Sequence record: OP856590.1
Source: Escherichia phage Ec_MI-02
Reading direction: 5' to 3' (one strand)
DNA: 64,000 bases
Of the stretch, positions 19,821-29,019 are shown piece after piece. Every line of letters starts with the position of its first letter. Within the stretch, counting starts at the first letter, position 1. Both the position numbers and the translations under genes were made by a program. The notes under the pieces are model-generated. The model saw nothing but the letters and a program-made list of their open reading frames with translations, was not told where the DNA came from and searched no databases.

Positions 19821-21878
19821 TTATCCTTGAACGAACTTGTAAGGCATGTTTGCAATATCTATGCAAGATGCAATAATTCCAAGAGATGATTCTACTTTTT
19901 GTTTAACATTTGATGAAACAAATGATGCAAAATCAACTCTGTCTTCTATTTCAATATCACCTGTCATTGCAACTACTTCACCGGTTTCCATTAGACGGTC
20001 ACCGTCATAAATTACTGATTCGGTGAGTTCTTCTGTAGTCATAACTTCAGCTTGAATAAGCTTGTTGTTAGTTTTAGCTGTTCCATCATTGTAAGATGCG
20101 TCGGTTATTTTATTGACTTTGACCATCAATCCACGCGGCAAAATGACTTCCATTTCATTTGAAGGCGCTAAACTTCCACCTGGTAAAACAACGTTGACTT
20201 TATCAGCCCCAGTAATAACCCATCCAATTCCAACTAAATTATCGCTAGAATTAACAAGTCCTTCATCGTTTTTATCGATAGAAATGTTTAGACGCTTTTC
20301 GTCTGGTAAAACACCCACAGCTGAATCAGTCATCCAAGTACCAAAAATGTTTGGATATAATGATGTTGATACAAAATTTCTAAAATAAAAAACTCGATTT
20401 TTTACCAATGCTTCATATATTGAAGGTAACATTCGCTGTGAACGATATAAAGTAATACCTTTTGGCAGTCGATCACCATTTTTAAAGGCTGAATCTAAAT
20501 TATCGATGGCTTGTTCTATTTCTGGTGCTGTTAAAATACTTGTACGCTCATCTGGATTATATAATCCCAAAAGAGCATTATTCATGTCTACATATCCTGA
20601 ACCTACGTATTCACGAATTCCGCGTTTTTGTGCCGGTGTGTATTTAGATGAATCTTTATTTTCGACTATAGAATGCAATGACCATCCAACGGTAAGAGCA
20701 TATCCACGTAATTCTCTTCGAATAATCTTTGTTTTTATTGCATTCCAAGAATTTTGCACTAACTCATTCGCAGCATCTTGATTTAAATGCGAATGCTTGT
20801 TAATATTTCTTTCTAACCAAGCACCTTTATATTTTTCTAAAGTATCATCAACTATAGAAGCAATAGTTTCTAAAGTTTTTATTGAAGTAATAGATTCTTT
20901 TCGTAATCTTTCTAAAGCTTTATTTTTTATTTCTGCATTAACATCAGATTCTTTATCTTCAGGAATTATAGAAGCTTCTCTGAATGCCATTCCAGCTGTA
21001 ACACTATTAAGAGCATTCTCTAATGCAAATCCTGAAGTAGAAATAACAGTTAATTCGTTAGCATCAGAAATTAAAGGCGCGTCAGCGGGTTTATTTAATT
21101 CTGCTGCTGAAGCCTCAAATTTTTGAAACATTGGTGTTTCAAATCTAGAAGATTCTAACGATTGACTTTGTGCAATTGCTCTACGGGAAATTTTAACTTT
21201 AACGATTACAGCTTGATCAGAACGTTTATCGTTTTCTTGCGCAATAGATGCTGCAATTGCCTCATTTTTAGTTACTTGAGCTCCAGTATCTTTATTGATA
21301 TAAACATCACCGACCTTCGATTCAACTTTAGTAAAGAGCTCGGTACTAATTTCCGGAACTCCTGGAATGTCTTCTAATGATACATTTTTGCGATGTATAA
21401 GAATATATGCGTACTTTTTATCGTAATCCCAGAGTTCCTTAAGAAGGACGTATCTGCCACCTGAACGACTGCGGATAAGTCTATCAGCAATAAGTTGAAT
21501 TTGACGAGCTTGACCAGCAGTTTTAGACTTAAGAATACGGAGCATACAGGCATCAATTTTATACTGACGCATCGTCTGCATCGCAACAGTAAAAACTGAA
21601 TTGATGTAATTAATTGGGCTTGGACCGAGACCTTTTAATTTAGCAATTGAACCTTTGGCAGTTAATGTAAAAGGAACAATATGCATCATTTTATCGCCCA
21701 TCTTTAAATCGCGATTAGTATCACCTCCAGATGTATAAGTACATAAACGAAAGCCTGGTTGTTCAATTGCGTCATCAACATGAACTGAAAAAATTTGCGG
21801 TATTTTCTTCTTTGGATTTAAGTTTGTAATCGGAAGAGTAGTATCTTCGTCAAATAATTCTGTAATAAGTTCCATCAT
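19821..21878 (-). CDS. alt: Alt ADP-ribosyltransferase (virion-packaged)
   Basis: 685 aa; MELITELFDEDTTLPITNL N-terminus; ART motifs LYRSQ, FVSTSL, EMEVILPRG. Confidence 0.9.
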   Translation of the reverse strand: MMELITELFDEDTTLPITNLNPKKKIPQIFSVHVDDAIEQPGFRLCTYTSGGDTNRDLKMGDKMMHIVPFTLTAKGSIAKLKGLGPSPINYINSVFTVAMQTMRQYKIDACMLRILKSKTAGQARQIQLIADRLIRSRSGGRYVLLKELWDYDKKYAYILIHRKNVSLEDIPGVPEISTELFTKVESKVGDVYINKDTGAQVTKNEAIAASIAQENDKRSDQAVIVKVKISRRAIAQSQSLESSRFETPMFQKFEASAAELNKPADAPLISDANELTVISTSGFALENALNSVTAGMAFREASIIPEDKESDVNAEIKNKALERLRKESITSIKTLETIASIVDDTLEKYKGAWLERNINKHSHLNQDAANELVQNSWNAIKTKIIRRELRGYALTVGWSLHSIVENKDSSKYTPAQKRGIREYVGSGYVDMNNALLGLYNPDERTSILTAPEIEQAIDNLDSAFKNGDRLPKGITLYRSQRMLPSIYEALVKNRVFYFRNFVSTSLYPNIFGTWMTDSAVGVLPDEKRLNISIDKNDEGLVNSSDNLVGIGWVITGADKVNVVLPGGSLAPSNEMEVILPRGLMVKVNKITDASYNDGTAKTNNKLIQAEVMTTEELTESVIYDGDRLMETGEVVAMTGDIEIEDRVDFASFVSSNVKQKVESSLGIIASCIDIANMPYKFVQG

Positions 21879-21898
21879 ATCCTCTCTAGTGTTTATTC

Positions 21899-21906
21899 TA
21901 TTTATA
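21899..21906 (-). promoter_or_regulatory. late promoter motif upstream of the alt operon
   Basis: exact TATAAATA on the minus strand 21 nt upstream of the alt ATG. Confidence 0.6.
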
Positions 21907-21911
21907 AAATT

Positions 21912-21929
21912 AAAGGCCCGAAGGCCTTT
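21912..21929 (-). terminator. stem-loop upstream of alt / downstream of the ligase operon
   Basis: AAAGGCC-(loop)-GGCCTTT hairpin. Confidence 0.6.
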
Positions 21930-22116
21930 AATAATCTATTGGTAAGAGAGTACGGTATATTTCAAACTTTGGACCTTTTTCATAGGCATCAAATGTTTCT
22001 GTGAATTTATTATAAGCATATGCATCTATAAATTCAATCATAATTTGTGATACAGAAGTAGAAACATCTCCACCTTCTTTTTGAGCCACGACAATTGTTT
22101 CTAAATAAGCTTTCAT
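21928..22116 (-). CDS. hypothetical protein (62 aa)
   Basis: ORF whose start overlaps the ligase stop. Confidence 0.6.
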   Translation of the reverse strand: MKAYLETIVVAQKEGGDVSTSVSQIMIEFIDAYAYNKFTETFDAYEKGPKFEIYRTLLPIDY

Positions 22117-23576
22117 AGACCAGTTACCTCATGAAAATCACCAAATACATCCTCGAATGTATTAGCTTTAGTTTTATCTTCACGTAAACGAATCGCAATT
22201 GGAAGAAATAATTTAACGTAATCGGTGCGGCCATCAGATTTTAACCAACCATTACATTCGCATTCTAGAATTTTTCCAATATAATAATTTTGGTTTTCCA
22301 TAATGCGAGTACGGTCAAGTTCATGCGATTTTACACCGGCTTTATCTTTTAAACCTGAACCAGCATTTACTTTAATTTTTCCACATTCTGATTCAAGAAT
22401 AAATCCACCCGCTTTAGTAGGGTCTTTACGGTGAGGATAAATTCCTACAATTTTTAAATCAACATCAATTACTTCTTTAAATTTATAGAGATTTTTTGAA
22501 CGAGCATTTTCCCATAATCCATCGATATTTTTGAGAATAATACCTTCAAGACCTTGGTCAATATACTTTTTATAAATTACCTTAGCTTCATCTAGGTTAT
22601 TTACTATCTGGTTTTCAATTAAAATTACTTTATCATATCCTGATGTCATTTGTTCTAGTTTAGAAAAACGTACATCATATTTTAAACGAAACGCTGGAAG
22701 ACCGTATATTTCTACCAACGGGACATAATCCCAGACCTGAAACTTCATGCATTGAGCTTCTTTTTCAGAAATGGTTCCCTTTAAAGATTTATTGGCGATT
22801 CCATTAGAAGTAGTACGAGATTCCGCTACTTCGGCGAATTCTTTAGCTTTACTAATTTCAGGATAAGCATCAAAAAGAAAATCTAGGCCTTCTGGTTCCT
22901 TTTTAACTTGCTCATGGTATACCAATTCGCCATCAATTAACACACCTTCTGGATGAATCTGGCGGGCTTCAGCAGTCATTTTGATTAATTCTTCCTTAAG
23001 AAGATCTAATCCTAGATATTCATTACCAGCTCGTGATAAAAGACGAACATCATCTAATTCATCGCCTCGGACTTCAGCAAAACACCGGGCTCCATCTGCT
23101 TTTAACTGTGCAAAGGCTGGAAATTTGATATTCTTACTAATGCCTTTTTCATCATAAGAACTTGCCAGCATTTGAGGTTGTTCAGGAATTAAACCTGGCC
23201 AAACTTTGTTTGCAATAGATACTGAAGCACCGCATTCAAGGTCTCGCATCATCACTCGACGCAAAACTTCAACATCATCCTTTTTACCATCAGTGATATA
23301 TCCAGTTAATTCCTCAATTGCCGCATTTCCAGTCAATTTCCGAGTAGCTAACGTGAATTCAATGAAGTCAAGCATATCGGTAATAGTCAGCATTCCAAAA
23401 CTCTGGGTAGCAATACCAGGCTTAGGCCATTTCTTGATATAATACTGTAACCCACGAGAATAAGTCAGACGATATACTCGTTTAAGCAATTCGTTATCTT
23501 TATTCTTTTCAAGAATTGCTTGCTTCTGCTTAGTTGATCCAATAGATGCTATTTCATTCAGAATTTTAAGAATCAT
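22113..23576 (-). CDS. 30: ATP-dependent DNA ligase gp30
   Basis: 487 aa; MILKILNEIASIGSTKQKQAILEKN N-terminus and adenylation motif KADGAR. Confidence 0.95.
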   Translation of the reverse strand: MILKILNEIASIGSTKQKQAILEKNKDNELLKRVYRLTYSRGLQYYIKKWPKPGIATQSFGMLTITDMLDFIEFTLATRKLTGNAAIEELTGYITDGKKDDVEVLRRVMMRDLECGASVSIANKVWPGLIPEQPQMLASSYDEKGISKNIKFPAFAQLKADGARCFAEVRGDELDDVRLLSRAGNEYLGLDLLKEELIKMTAEARQIHPEGVLIDGELVYHEQVKKEPEGLDFLFDAYPEISKAKEFAEVAESRTTSNGIANKSLKGTISEKEAQCMKFQVWDYVPLVEIYGLPAFRLKYDVRFSKLEQMTSGYDKVILIENQIVNNLDEAKVIYKKYIDQGLEGIILKNIDGLWENARSKNLYKFKEVIDVDLKIVGIYPHRKDPTKAGGFILESECGKIKVNAGSGLKDKAGVKSHELDRTRIMENQNYYIGKILECECNGWLKSDGRTDYVKLFLPIAIRLREDKTKANTFEDVFGDFHEVTGL

Positions 23577-23842
23577 TGTTCATCCTTCAGAGTTTGATTT
23601 ACATTTCTATTATAAATCAATTCATCATTAAGCTCAGGCAAAGACTTGTGATATGTAGTTCTAACTTTATTTCCTTGCATCCAGTGCTTGACGTAAATGA
23701 AACCTTGCTCTACACATTTTTTAAAAATTCGTTCGTCTTTTTGAGCTCGGAATTCTGGATTGCATCTAAAAAATTGATTTACGTGACCGTAATCACGTGT
23801 AGTATTACCTTCATTTTCATAAATAGTATGAACAACAAACAT
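23573..23842 (-). CDS. hypothetical protein (30.1 position)
   Basis: 89-aa ORF, ATGA-coupled to neighbours. Confidence 0.65.
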   Translation of the reverse strand: MFVVHTIYENEGNTTRDYGHVNQFFRCNPEFRAQKDERIFKKCVEQGFIYVKHWMQGNKVRTTYHKSLPELNDELIYNRNVNQTLKDEQ

Positions 23843-24681
23843 TAGAATGCTCCTTGGAAAATATTATCACCACAAGTAGGTCTATTATACAAATACTCTA
23901 TACCACCAGGTTTAATATAGTTCCATGTCTGAAATGGATGTGTCTGATATGGATGATATAGATGATTATAAGGATTAAATCCAGGCGTTCTCCAGGTAGT
24001 GTTCCAAGGAAAAGAATCGTTTTTAACCATCTTCTCAATTAAATCTTTTATAGCTTTTTCACTATCAAAACTTTCTTTATTTTCCTTTGGTGAAAAAAGC
24101 TTATTTTCTATATCATTCCATGTATAAACTCGCTGGGCAGTTTTTGGAATATTGTCACGCTCTCCTCGAGCCATCCAATACACAGGAACATTTAATATTT
24201 CACTCGCATGATCGCAATGGTGAGCGAGATCGTCAATATAACAAATTACGCTATATTTCTCTTTTGCCTTTTTGAACAACTCTTCTTTTGAAGAATCATG
24301 AACACACATCATTACTTCTGAGAAGGCACCAGGAAAAAGAGCATTCAAATTAAATTGACGATTCAACAGAGCGTCAATAGAATCACCCAATGCTGTGACA
24401 GCTACAAAATTATAATCTTCTTTTAATTTGTTAATTACACACAGGGCATCTTTATATGGAGACAAGTAACGAATAAAATCTGATCGATTGTATTTTTCAA
24501 TTAGCTTGACACCGAGTTCTTCATCACAATTAAAGAGTTTACCCGGAGAAATAAATTTCTCATCTTGGATCATTTTTAAAATATGTTCTAACGGAAGATT
24601 ATATTTCTGAGCAAAATAAGGAAGGCCTGATTGCCAGCTTAAACATACTCCATCAATATCAGTTAAAATAGTAGGCTTCAT
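23842..24681 (-). CDS. hypothetical protein, possibly HAD-like hydrolase (30.2 position)
   Basis: 279 aa; N-terminal LTDIDGV resembles HAD motif I (DxDG); assignment tentative. Confidence 0.6.
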   Translation of the reverse strand: MKPTILTDIDGVCLSWQSGLPYFAQKYNLPLEHILKMIQDEKFISPGKLFNCDEELGVKLIEKYNRSDFIRYLSPYKDALCVINKLKEDYNFVAVTALGDSIDALLNRQFNLNALFPGAFSEVMMCVHDSSKEELFKKAKEKYSVICYIDDLAHHCDHASEILNVPVYWMARGERDNIPKTAQRVYTWNDIENKLFSPKENKESFDSEKAIKDLIEKMVKNDSFPWNTTWRTPGFNPYNHLYHPYQTHPFQTWNYIKPGGIEYLYNRPTCGDNIFQGAF

Positions 24682-25142
24682 AGAGAGTCTCTTAATAGGT
24701 TTAACACATCAATAAATTCAGCTTCGGTTAATATTGTATCATCTTTTGTTAGACCATTAGCCATGCTGTGCTTCAAAACTTTTCCTTTCGAGGCTTGTAA
24801 TGCATCACGAAAGCCCTTGTTTTGGAACGCTGCTTCAAAATATGCATTTGTATATAATTCTTTCCACGCTGGAGAGTATCTTGAAAACGGAACTCCAAGC
24901 CAGAAGAGGGTCCCACGGTCCTGAGCTCTAGCATAAGACCTTCCAGCTTGTTGGGCGGCAAGCCCGGATAACCCAAATATACGACGTTGTTGTTCAATAT
25001 TTTTCACCTTACACCCTTGGAGGAATCCTTCGAGACCTCCAAATTGGATACCATCCATAACAAAAGGCCATTGGGCGAAATTACTTAATGCGCATGATGG
25101 CCATCTAAAATTGCTTCTAATCTCTAACTCAGACATTTTCAA
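24678..25142 (-). CDS. NADAR (YbiA-like, DUF1768) domain protein (30.3 position)
   Basis: 154 aa; LSNFAQWPFVMDGIQF...LEGFLQ resembles the YbiA/NADAR signature. Confidence 0.7.
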   Translation of the reverse strand: MKMSELEIRSNFRWPSCALSNFAQWPFVMDGIQFGGLEGFLQGCKVKNIEQQRRIFGLSGLAAQQAGRSYARAQDRGTLFWLGVPFSRYSPAWKELYTNAYFEAAFQNKGFRDALQASKGKVLKHSMANGLTKDDTILTEAEFIDVLNLLRDSL

Positions 25143-25335
25143 TACTTATAATTTCAACATCAGCCCAATGACCATAGCAAGGAAGACGAAATTCAACTGG
25201 CCAGTTAGGGTCCTTTTCTAATATAATAGACTGTACTTGTGGCTCTTCATATTCATCGGTATACGGACCTTTATACGTTACTTTATATGTGACCTTAATG
25301 TACTGAATTCCAAAAATCTTATTAATTATATTCAT
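25129..25335 (-). CDS. hypothetical protein (68 aa)
   Basis: small ORF in the operon. Confidence 0.55.
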   Translation of the reverse strand: MNIINKIFGIQYIKVTYKVTYKGPYTDEYEEPQVQSIILEKDPNWPVEFRLPCYGHWADVEIISIENV

Positions 25336-25529
25336 ACTAATTCCTTTAATCCGTAAATAGGAGATAATTCATCGCCCATACGAAGGTCTTCATTTCCATC
25401 TACCCAGGAAACAATATAAGCCTCTTTTATTTGAATACCACTCCATTTAAATGGAGGTAGAACCTTAGAAATTAATCCAGGTATACCAACTCCCTTTAAT
25501 TCAACAGTTTGACCTAAAAAGAATTTCAT
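25332..25529 (-). CDS. hypothetical protein (65 aa)
   Basis: small ORF, ATGA-coupled. Confidence 0.55.
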   Translation of the reverse strand: MKFFLGQTVELKGVGIPGLISKVLPPFKWSGIQIKEAYIVSWVDGNEDLRMGDELSPIYGLKELV

Positions 25530-25816
25530 TAGAACCTCATCTGAAAGCCATGCGATTTAACATTACCGCCGCCAATATCAGAAATATTAATTTCACGCGC
25601 AATTGAAGGGTCAATGTCAATTTCACGATTGAGTTTAGTGATAGCTAAAGTATCGCGCCCATTTACAGTACGGAACTCTAAAGGACATACTACATTAACG
25701 TAGTTTTTAATCGATTCGCTGGTAGGTTGCAAATGAGCAGGAAGGTCTTTAGGCGCTTTAGAGAAAACCACTTCACAGAAATTTTTGCGGGTGTCAAAAT
25801 AAGTAGTCATAAACAT
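25529..25816 (-). CDS. hypothetical protein (95 aa)
   Basis: start trimmed to ATG 25816 with RBS GAGGAAAA; ORF-track start (TTG) lies beyond the upstream hairpin. Confidence 0.6.
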   Translation of the reverse strand: MFMTTYFDTRKNFCEVVFSKAPKDLPAHLQPTSESIKNYVNVVCPLEFRTVNGRDTLAITKLNREIDIDPSIAREINISDIGGGNVKSHGFQMRF

Positions 25817-25833
25817 AGTATTTTCCTCAGTAA

Positions 25834-25847
25834 GGGGCCGAAGCCCC
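25834..25847 (-). terminator. stem-loop after the upstream 121-aa gene
   Basis: GGGGC-TTCG-GCCCC on the minus strand. Confidence 0.55.
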
Positions 25848-25856
25848 TGTTTTATT

Positions 25857-26222
25857 TTAAATATCAAATTCGTTAAGAACTACATCAAAGATTGCTTCAA
25901 GATGCTCAGGTTTAGCTCTGTTACTCAGAATATGACGAATCCAAGTTTTAACCAGAAGCTTGCGATTAACGCCATTCCAGCAAGGATGAGTCCCTAAATC
26001 GCGTTGACGAAAATCATCATCCAAAGCGATTTTGAAGTTGGAACCTTCCATTGTGATTGAAACCGTGATGCCATTTTCAAATCGCATATAAACGTAGTTA
26101 GGAGTCATATACTGTTCAATTTCGCATACTGATCCATTTTGATGTTTCCAAAGGCAAATAGTATCAATAGAACCTGCAATACCGTTAGAAACATATTTAC
26201 GTTCAAAGTTGATGTAGTTCAT
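25857..26222 (-). CDS. hypothetical protein (121 aa)
   Basis: ORF with its own early promoter. Confidence 0.65.
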   Translation of the reverse strand: MNYINFERKYVSNGIAGSIDTICLWKHQNGSVCEIEQYMTPNYVYMRFENGITVSITMEGSNFKIALDDDFRQRDLGTHPCWNGVNRKLLVKTWIRHILSNRAKPEHLEAIFDVVLNEFDI

Positions 26223-26259
26223 TTTTATTCTCCGAGATGTTTAATTGCGGTACAGGTAT

Positions 26260-26287
26260 ATAATATCATATCCTGTACCAAAGTAAA
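26260..26287 (-). promoter_or_regulatory. sigma70-type early promoter
   Basis: minus-strand TTTACT, 16-nt spacer, TATTAT. Confidence 0.5.
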
Positions 26288-26290
26288 CAA

Positions 26291-26623
26291 TTATTTTACT
26301 ACTTTCCAGTGCTGCATGTCAAGTTTACCAACTTTTTTCATCTTCTCAATTAAGCGTTCTGCGCGTTGGCGAGCTGTAACATAATGCCATTCACCTAATT
26401 CATTTTGTTCAATTTTTCCAACGATTACTGTATTCAATTCATAAATCCAACCAGTAAAGAAATTATGAACTTGAATTGTAAAGGTGAAATCTGTTCCCAT
26501 ACCTTCTGTTGTTTCTACTTCAATAATATCACCTTCAACTGCCATTAAGAACCACATAGTTTCATCATATTTACCATTGAAGCATTTAGTTTTAACTGTA
26601 GCGTTCAGATTAATCGTTTTCAT
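26291..26623 (-). CDS. hypothetical protein (110 aa)
   Basis: ORF with upstream early promoter. Confidence 0.65.
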   Translation of the reverse strand: MKTINLNATVKTKCFNGKYDETMWFLMAVEGDIIEVETTEGMGTDFTFTIQVHNFFTGWIYELNTVIVGKIEQNELGEWHYVTARQRAERLIEKMKKVGKLDMQHWKVVK

Positions 26624-26650
26624 TTTATTCTCCTTTGTTTGTGTAAGATA

Positions 26651-26679
26651 ATACTATCACAAAGGAACCATACTGTAAA
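26651..26679 (-). promoter_or_regulatory. sigma70-type early promoter
   Basis: minus-strand TTTACA, 17-nt spacer, TAGTAT. Confidence 0.5.
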
Positions 26680-26710
26680 CAACTTTGTGCAATCTTTGGA
26701 AAATAAAAAA

Positions 26711-26728
26711 GGACTCCCGAAGGAGTCC
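26711..26728 (-). terminator. stem-loop downstream of the 72-aa basic gene
   Basis: GGACTCC-TTCG-GGAGTCC then T-run on the minus strand. Confidence 0.65.
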
Positions 26729-26733
26729 TCAAC

Positions 26734-26952
26734 TTATGCTTTCTGCTTACCAAAACGAGAAGCATCATCTCGAAGAACCGCACGTGCTCGGCGCATGATC
26801 TTCTCAACAGTTTGATTGATACGAGAGTTCGACCCACGCTTGTAACCAGCGCGTTTAGAATCACCAACTTTCTTTTCAACTGCTTTCTTTGCTTTAGCTT
26901 GTTTTGCCATTATAAATTCTCTTTTAAATGAAAATGCAGGACTTATTGGCAT
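26734..26952 (-). CDS. small basic protein (72 aa, Lys/Arg-rich)
   Basis: followed by a hairpin; the overlapping track ORF 26625-26879 runs through that hairpin and was rejected. Confidence 0.65.
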   Translation of the reverse strand: MPISPAFSFKREFIMAKQAKAKKAVEKKVGDSKRAGYKRGSNSRINQTVEKIMRRARAVLRDDASRFGKQKA

Positions 26953-27104
26953 TGCCTGCGCAAGCCCTCAAGGGGAACATAGGTTTTGAATATTTACCGA
27001 CAGGATAACCATAAACCTCGTCAACATTCAAGAGGTACACCGTAAAACAAAGTTAGACGGCTCCTCGATTTTAGCTCACACTAAGGCAGTGAATCTCCAA
27101 TAAA

Positions 27105-27353
27105 TTACTTCAGTGTTACCACAAAGTGACGAACTGCTTTTCGTGCAGCAGAAGCCAGAGGCTTAGCATATTTAAGTTCATCTTTTTCCTGAAGCTCAGC
27201 GGCTAATGCAGTTTGAGCAGGATTCAGATGTTTGAAATAACGCAGGATTTCAAGAGCTTCGGCTTCAACATCAATAGATGCGCCATAGTTTTCGTGACCA
27301 TTATTCCATGCGTTTCGTTGCAGTTCAAGAGCGTGTTGTAATTGTTTAATCAT
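27105..27353 (-). CDS. rIII: RIII lysis-inhibition accessory protein
   Basis: 82 aa, MIKQLQHALELQRNAWNNGHENYG recognised. Confidence 0.85.
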   Translation of the reverse strand: MIKQLQHALELQRNAWNNGHENYGASIDVEAEALEILRYFKHLNPAQTALAAELQEKDELKYAKPLASAARKAVRHFVVTLK

Positions 27354-27500
27354 TTAAAAATTCTCGTTAGAGATTAAAACTCGGTAGTCACGTTCTTCTG
27401 AATTTCATCTTCTTTCGACAGATCTCTCAGTTGTAGACTACCACGTAGAATTGTTCGGTTAACTTATTATTCCGACACCCAATTCATATTATTATTTATA

Positions 27501-27836
27501 TCACTTATAAAGACACGGAATAGCTTTATAGTGACAGGTAACGAATTTTTGTTTAATTTCTTTTGGCTGCTTAAGTCCCAAGGCTACAAAAGGATGCGGA
27601 ACGTTTCGAATTTGACCAACTGGAAGAGAAGTCAAATCACCAACTTCGCAGAAACCTTCAGGAACATCAGGACCAACAGAGTGAACTACACACAGTTCAG
27701 GAACTTCACCTTGAACACGTTTACCGATAATAAGTCCTGATTCTGTAACTTCTTCATCACCGGCTTGTGCAGGTTCAGAAACTAAAATAACATATTCACC
27801 GACAGCACGAATTGGTAGCTGTTGTACTTCAGACAT
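27501..27836 (-). CDS. 31: co-chaperonin gp31 (GroES analogue)
   Basis: [30 protein letters not shown] recognised. Confidence 0.93.
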
Positions 27837-27892
27837 CATTTTTCCTTTTTGTTAACAGATGAATTAATAATAACAAATAATTCTTAAAGCAT

Positions 27893-28201
27893 TTATTTAC
27901 CAATAAATTGAAGCAAATGCTCAGCTTTCATACCATTAACGGAAATCAATTTGTCAATAGAAAAACCTCGCCACACGCCAAGCTCAACATCAAATACTGG
28001 AATCATATCAGTAGATTCTTTCCGAGCAGATTCAGTCAATTTACCAGTTTGCATGGTTGGCATAAAGTCCGCATCACGAGTGCCTTTCATAGTACGAATA
28101 GTACCATCAGACTTTTCAAAAACTACGTTTGAAACCCCCATGGACAATTTAGTTTTCAAAATTTCACGAATTGCTACTTTTTGTTCAGTCGTCAGTTTCA
28201 T
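27893..28201 (-). CDS. hypothetical protein (102 aa)
   Basis: ORF between gene 31 and cd. Confidence 0.6.
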   Translation of the reverse strand: MKLTTEQKVAIREILKTKLSMGVSNVVFEKSDGTIRTMKGTRDADFMPTMQTGKLTESARKESTDMIPVFDVELGVWRGFSIDKLISVNGMKAEHLLQFIGK

Positions 28202-28438
28202 TTATTTACCTATTACAGTTTTAATATGAGTTGTTCCACGTTCTTTAAGAGTGGAAAGCAATTTTTGGCATTTTTCTAAATCAGATTTCCAACTATACGG
28301 CCTATCAATACTAGTCCAATCAGTTTTATAATACTGTTTCCATTTAGAGAAAAAATATTTCTTATACTCTACAGCAAATGAAATGTTCTCGTTAGAATAA
28401 GAACTAATTGCTGTGAGCTGTACCAAACGAAATTTCAT
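28202..28438 (-). CDS. hypothetical protein (78 aa)
   Basis: ORF, start overlaps the cd stop. Confidence 0.6.
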   Translation of the reverse strand: MKFRLVQLTAISSYSNENISFAVEYKKYFFSKWKQYYKTDWTSIDRPYSWKSDLEKCQKLLSTLKERGTTHIKTVIGK

Positions 28439-29019
28439 TATTCACCACAGAATTCGTTGATATTTTCCCAGTTTAACTTATTCAAGTTTTTCTTAGGAAC
28501 ATTAAACACTTCAATACCTGCATTTCGCAGAATATCATCCCAGCCAGGTTTATTTTTATCGTATGTTTCGCAATAAACCAGCTTTTTAATACCAGATTGA
28601 GCTATCGCTTTTGCACAATCTGGGCAAGGAGAAAGTGTTACATACATAGTAGCACCTTCAATTGAAGAACCGTTTCGTGCAGCAAACAAAATCGCATTTA
28701 ATTCAGCATGAATTTCATTTTTAGACGACCATTCAGAGTGCGCGCTACGGTGTTCTTTCGCCAAGACAAAACGATCAGTTGAACCAAATGATACACATTC
28801 AGGCTTATGACCTTGAATGATAGTATGTTTAGGTTTATTCAGCAACCAACCTTGCTCGGCAGCATAATCACAACAGTTCACACCCCCGGCAGGTGAACCA
28901 TTATATCCGGTAGAAATAATACGTCCATTCTTTTCAATTACTGCTCCTACCTTCCAGGAGCAACATTTTGATTCTTGCGATACTAAATATGCAATTTGAA
29001 GTACTGTACTCGCTTTCAT
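28438..29019 (-). CDS. cd: dCMP deaminase
   Basis: 193 aa; zinc-binding deaminase motifs HAE and PCxxC. Confidence 0.93.
   Translation of the reverse strand: MKASTVLQIAYLVSQESKCCSWKVGAVIEKNGRIISTGYNGSPAGGVNCCDYAAEQGWLLNKPKHTIIQGHKPECVSFGSTDRFVLAKEHRSAHSEWSSKNEIHAELNAILFAARNGSSIEGATMYVTLSPCPDCAKAIAQSGIKKLVYCETYDKNKPGWDDILRNAGIEVFNVPKKNLNKLNWENINEFCGE

Noticed and set aside
17760-21878. The two alt copies as an assembly or duplication artefact
   Set aside because: The copies are diverged throughout and have unrelated central domains, so they are not a collapsed or duplicated repeat.
26625-26879. 84-aa ORF overlapping the 72-aa basic gene
   Set aside because: Runs through the terminator hairpin at 26711-26728 and has no RBS; the basic 72-aa frame followed by the hairpin is the better call.
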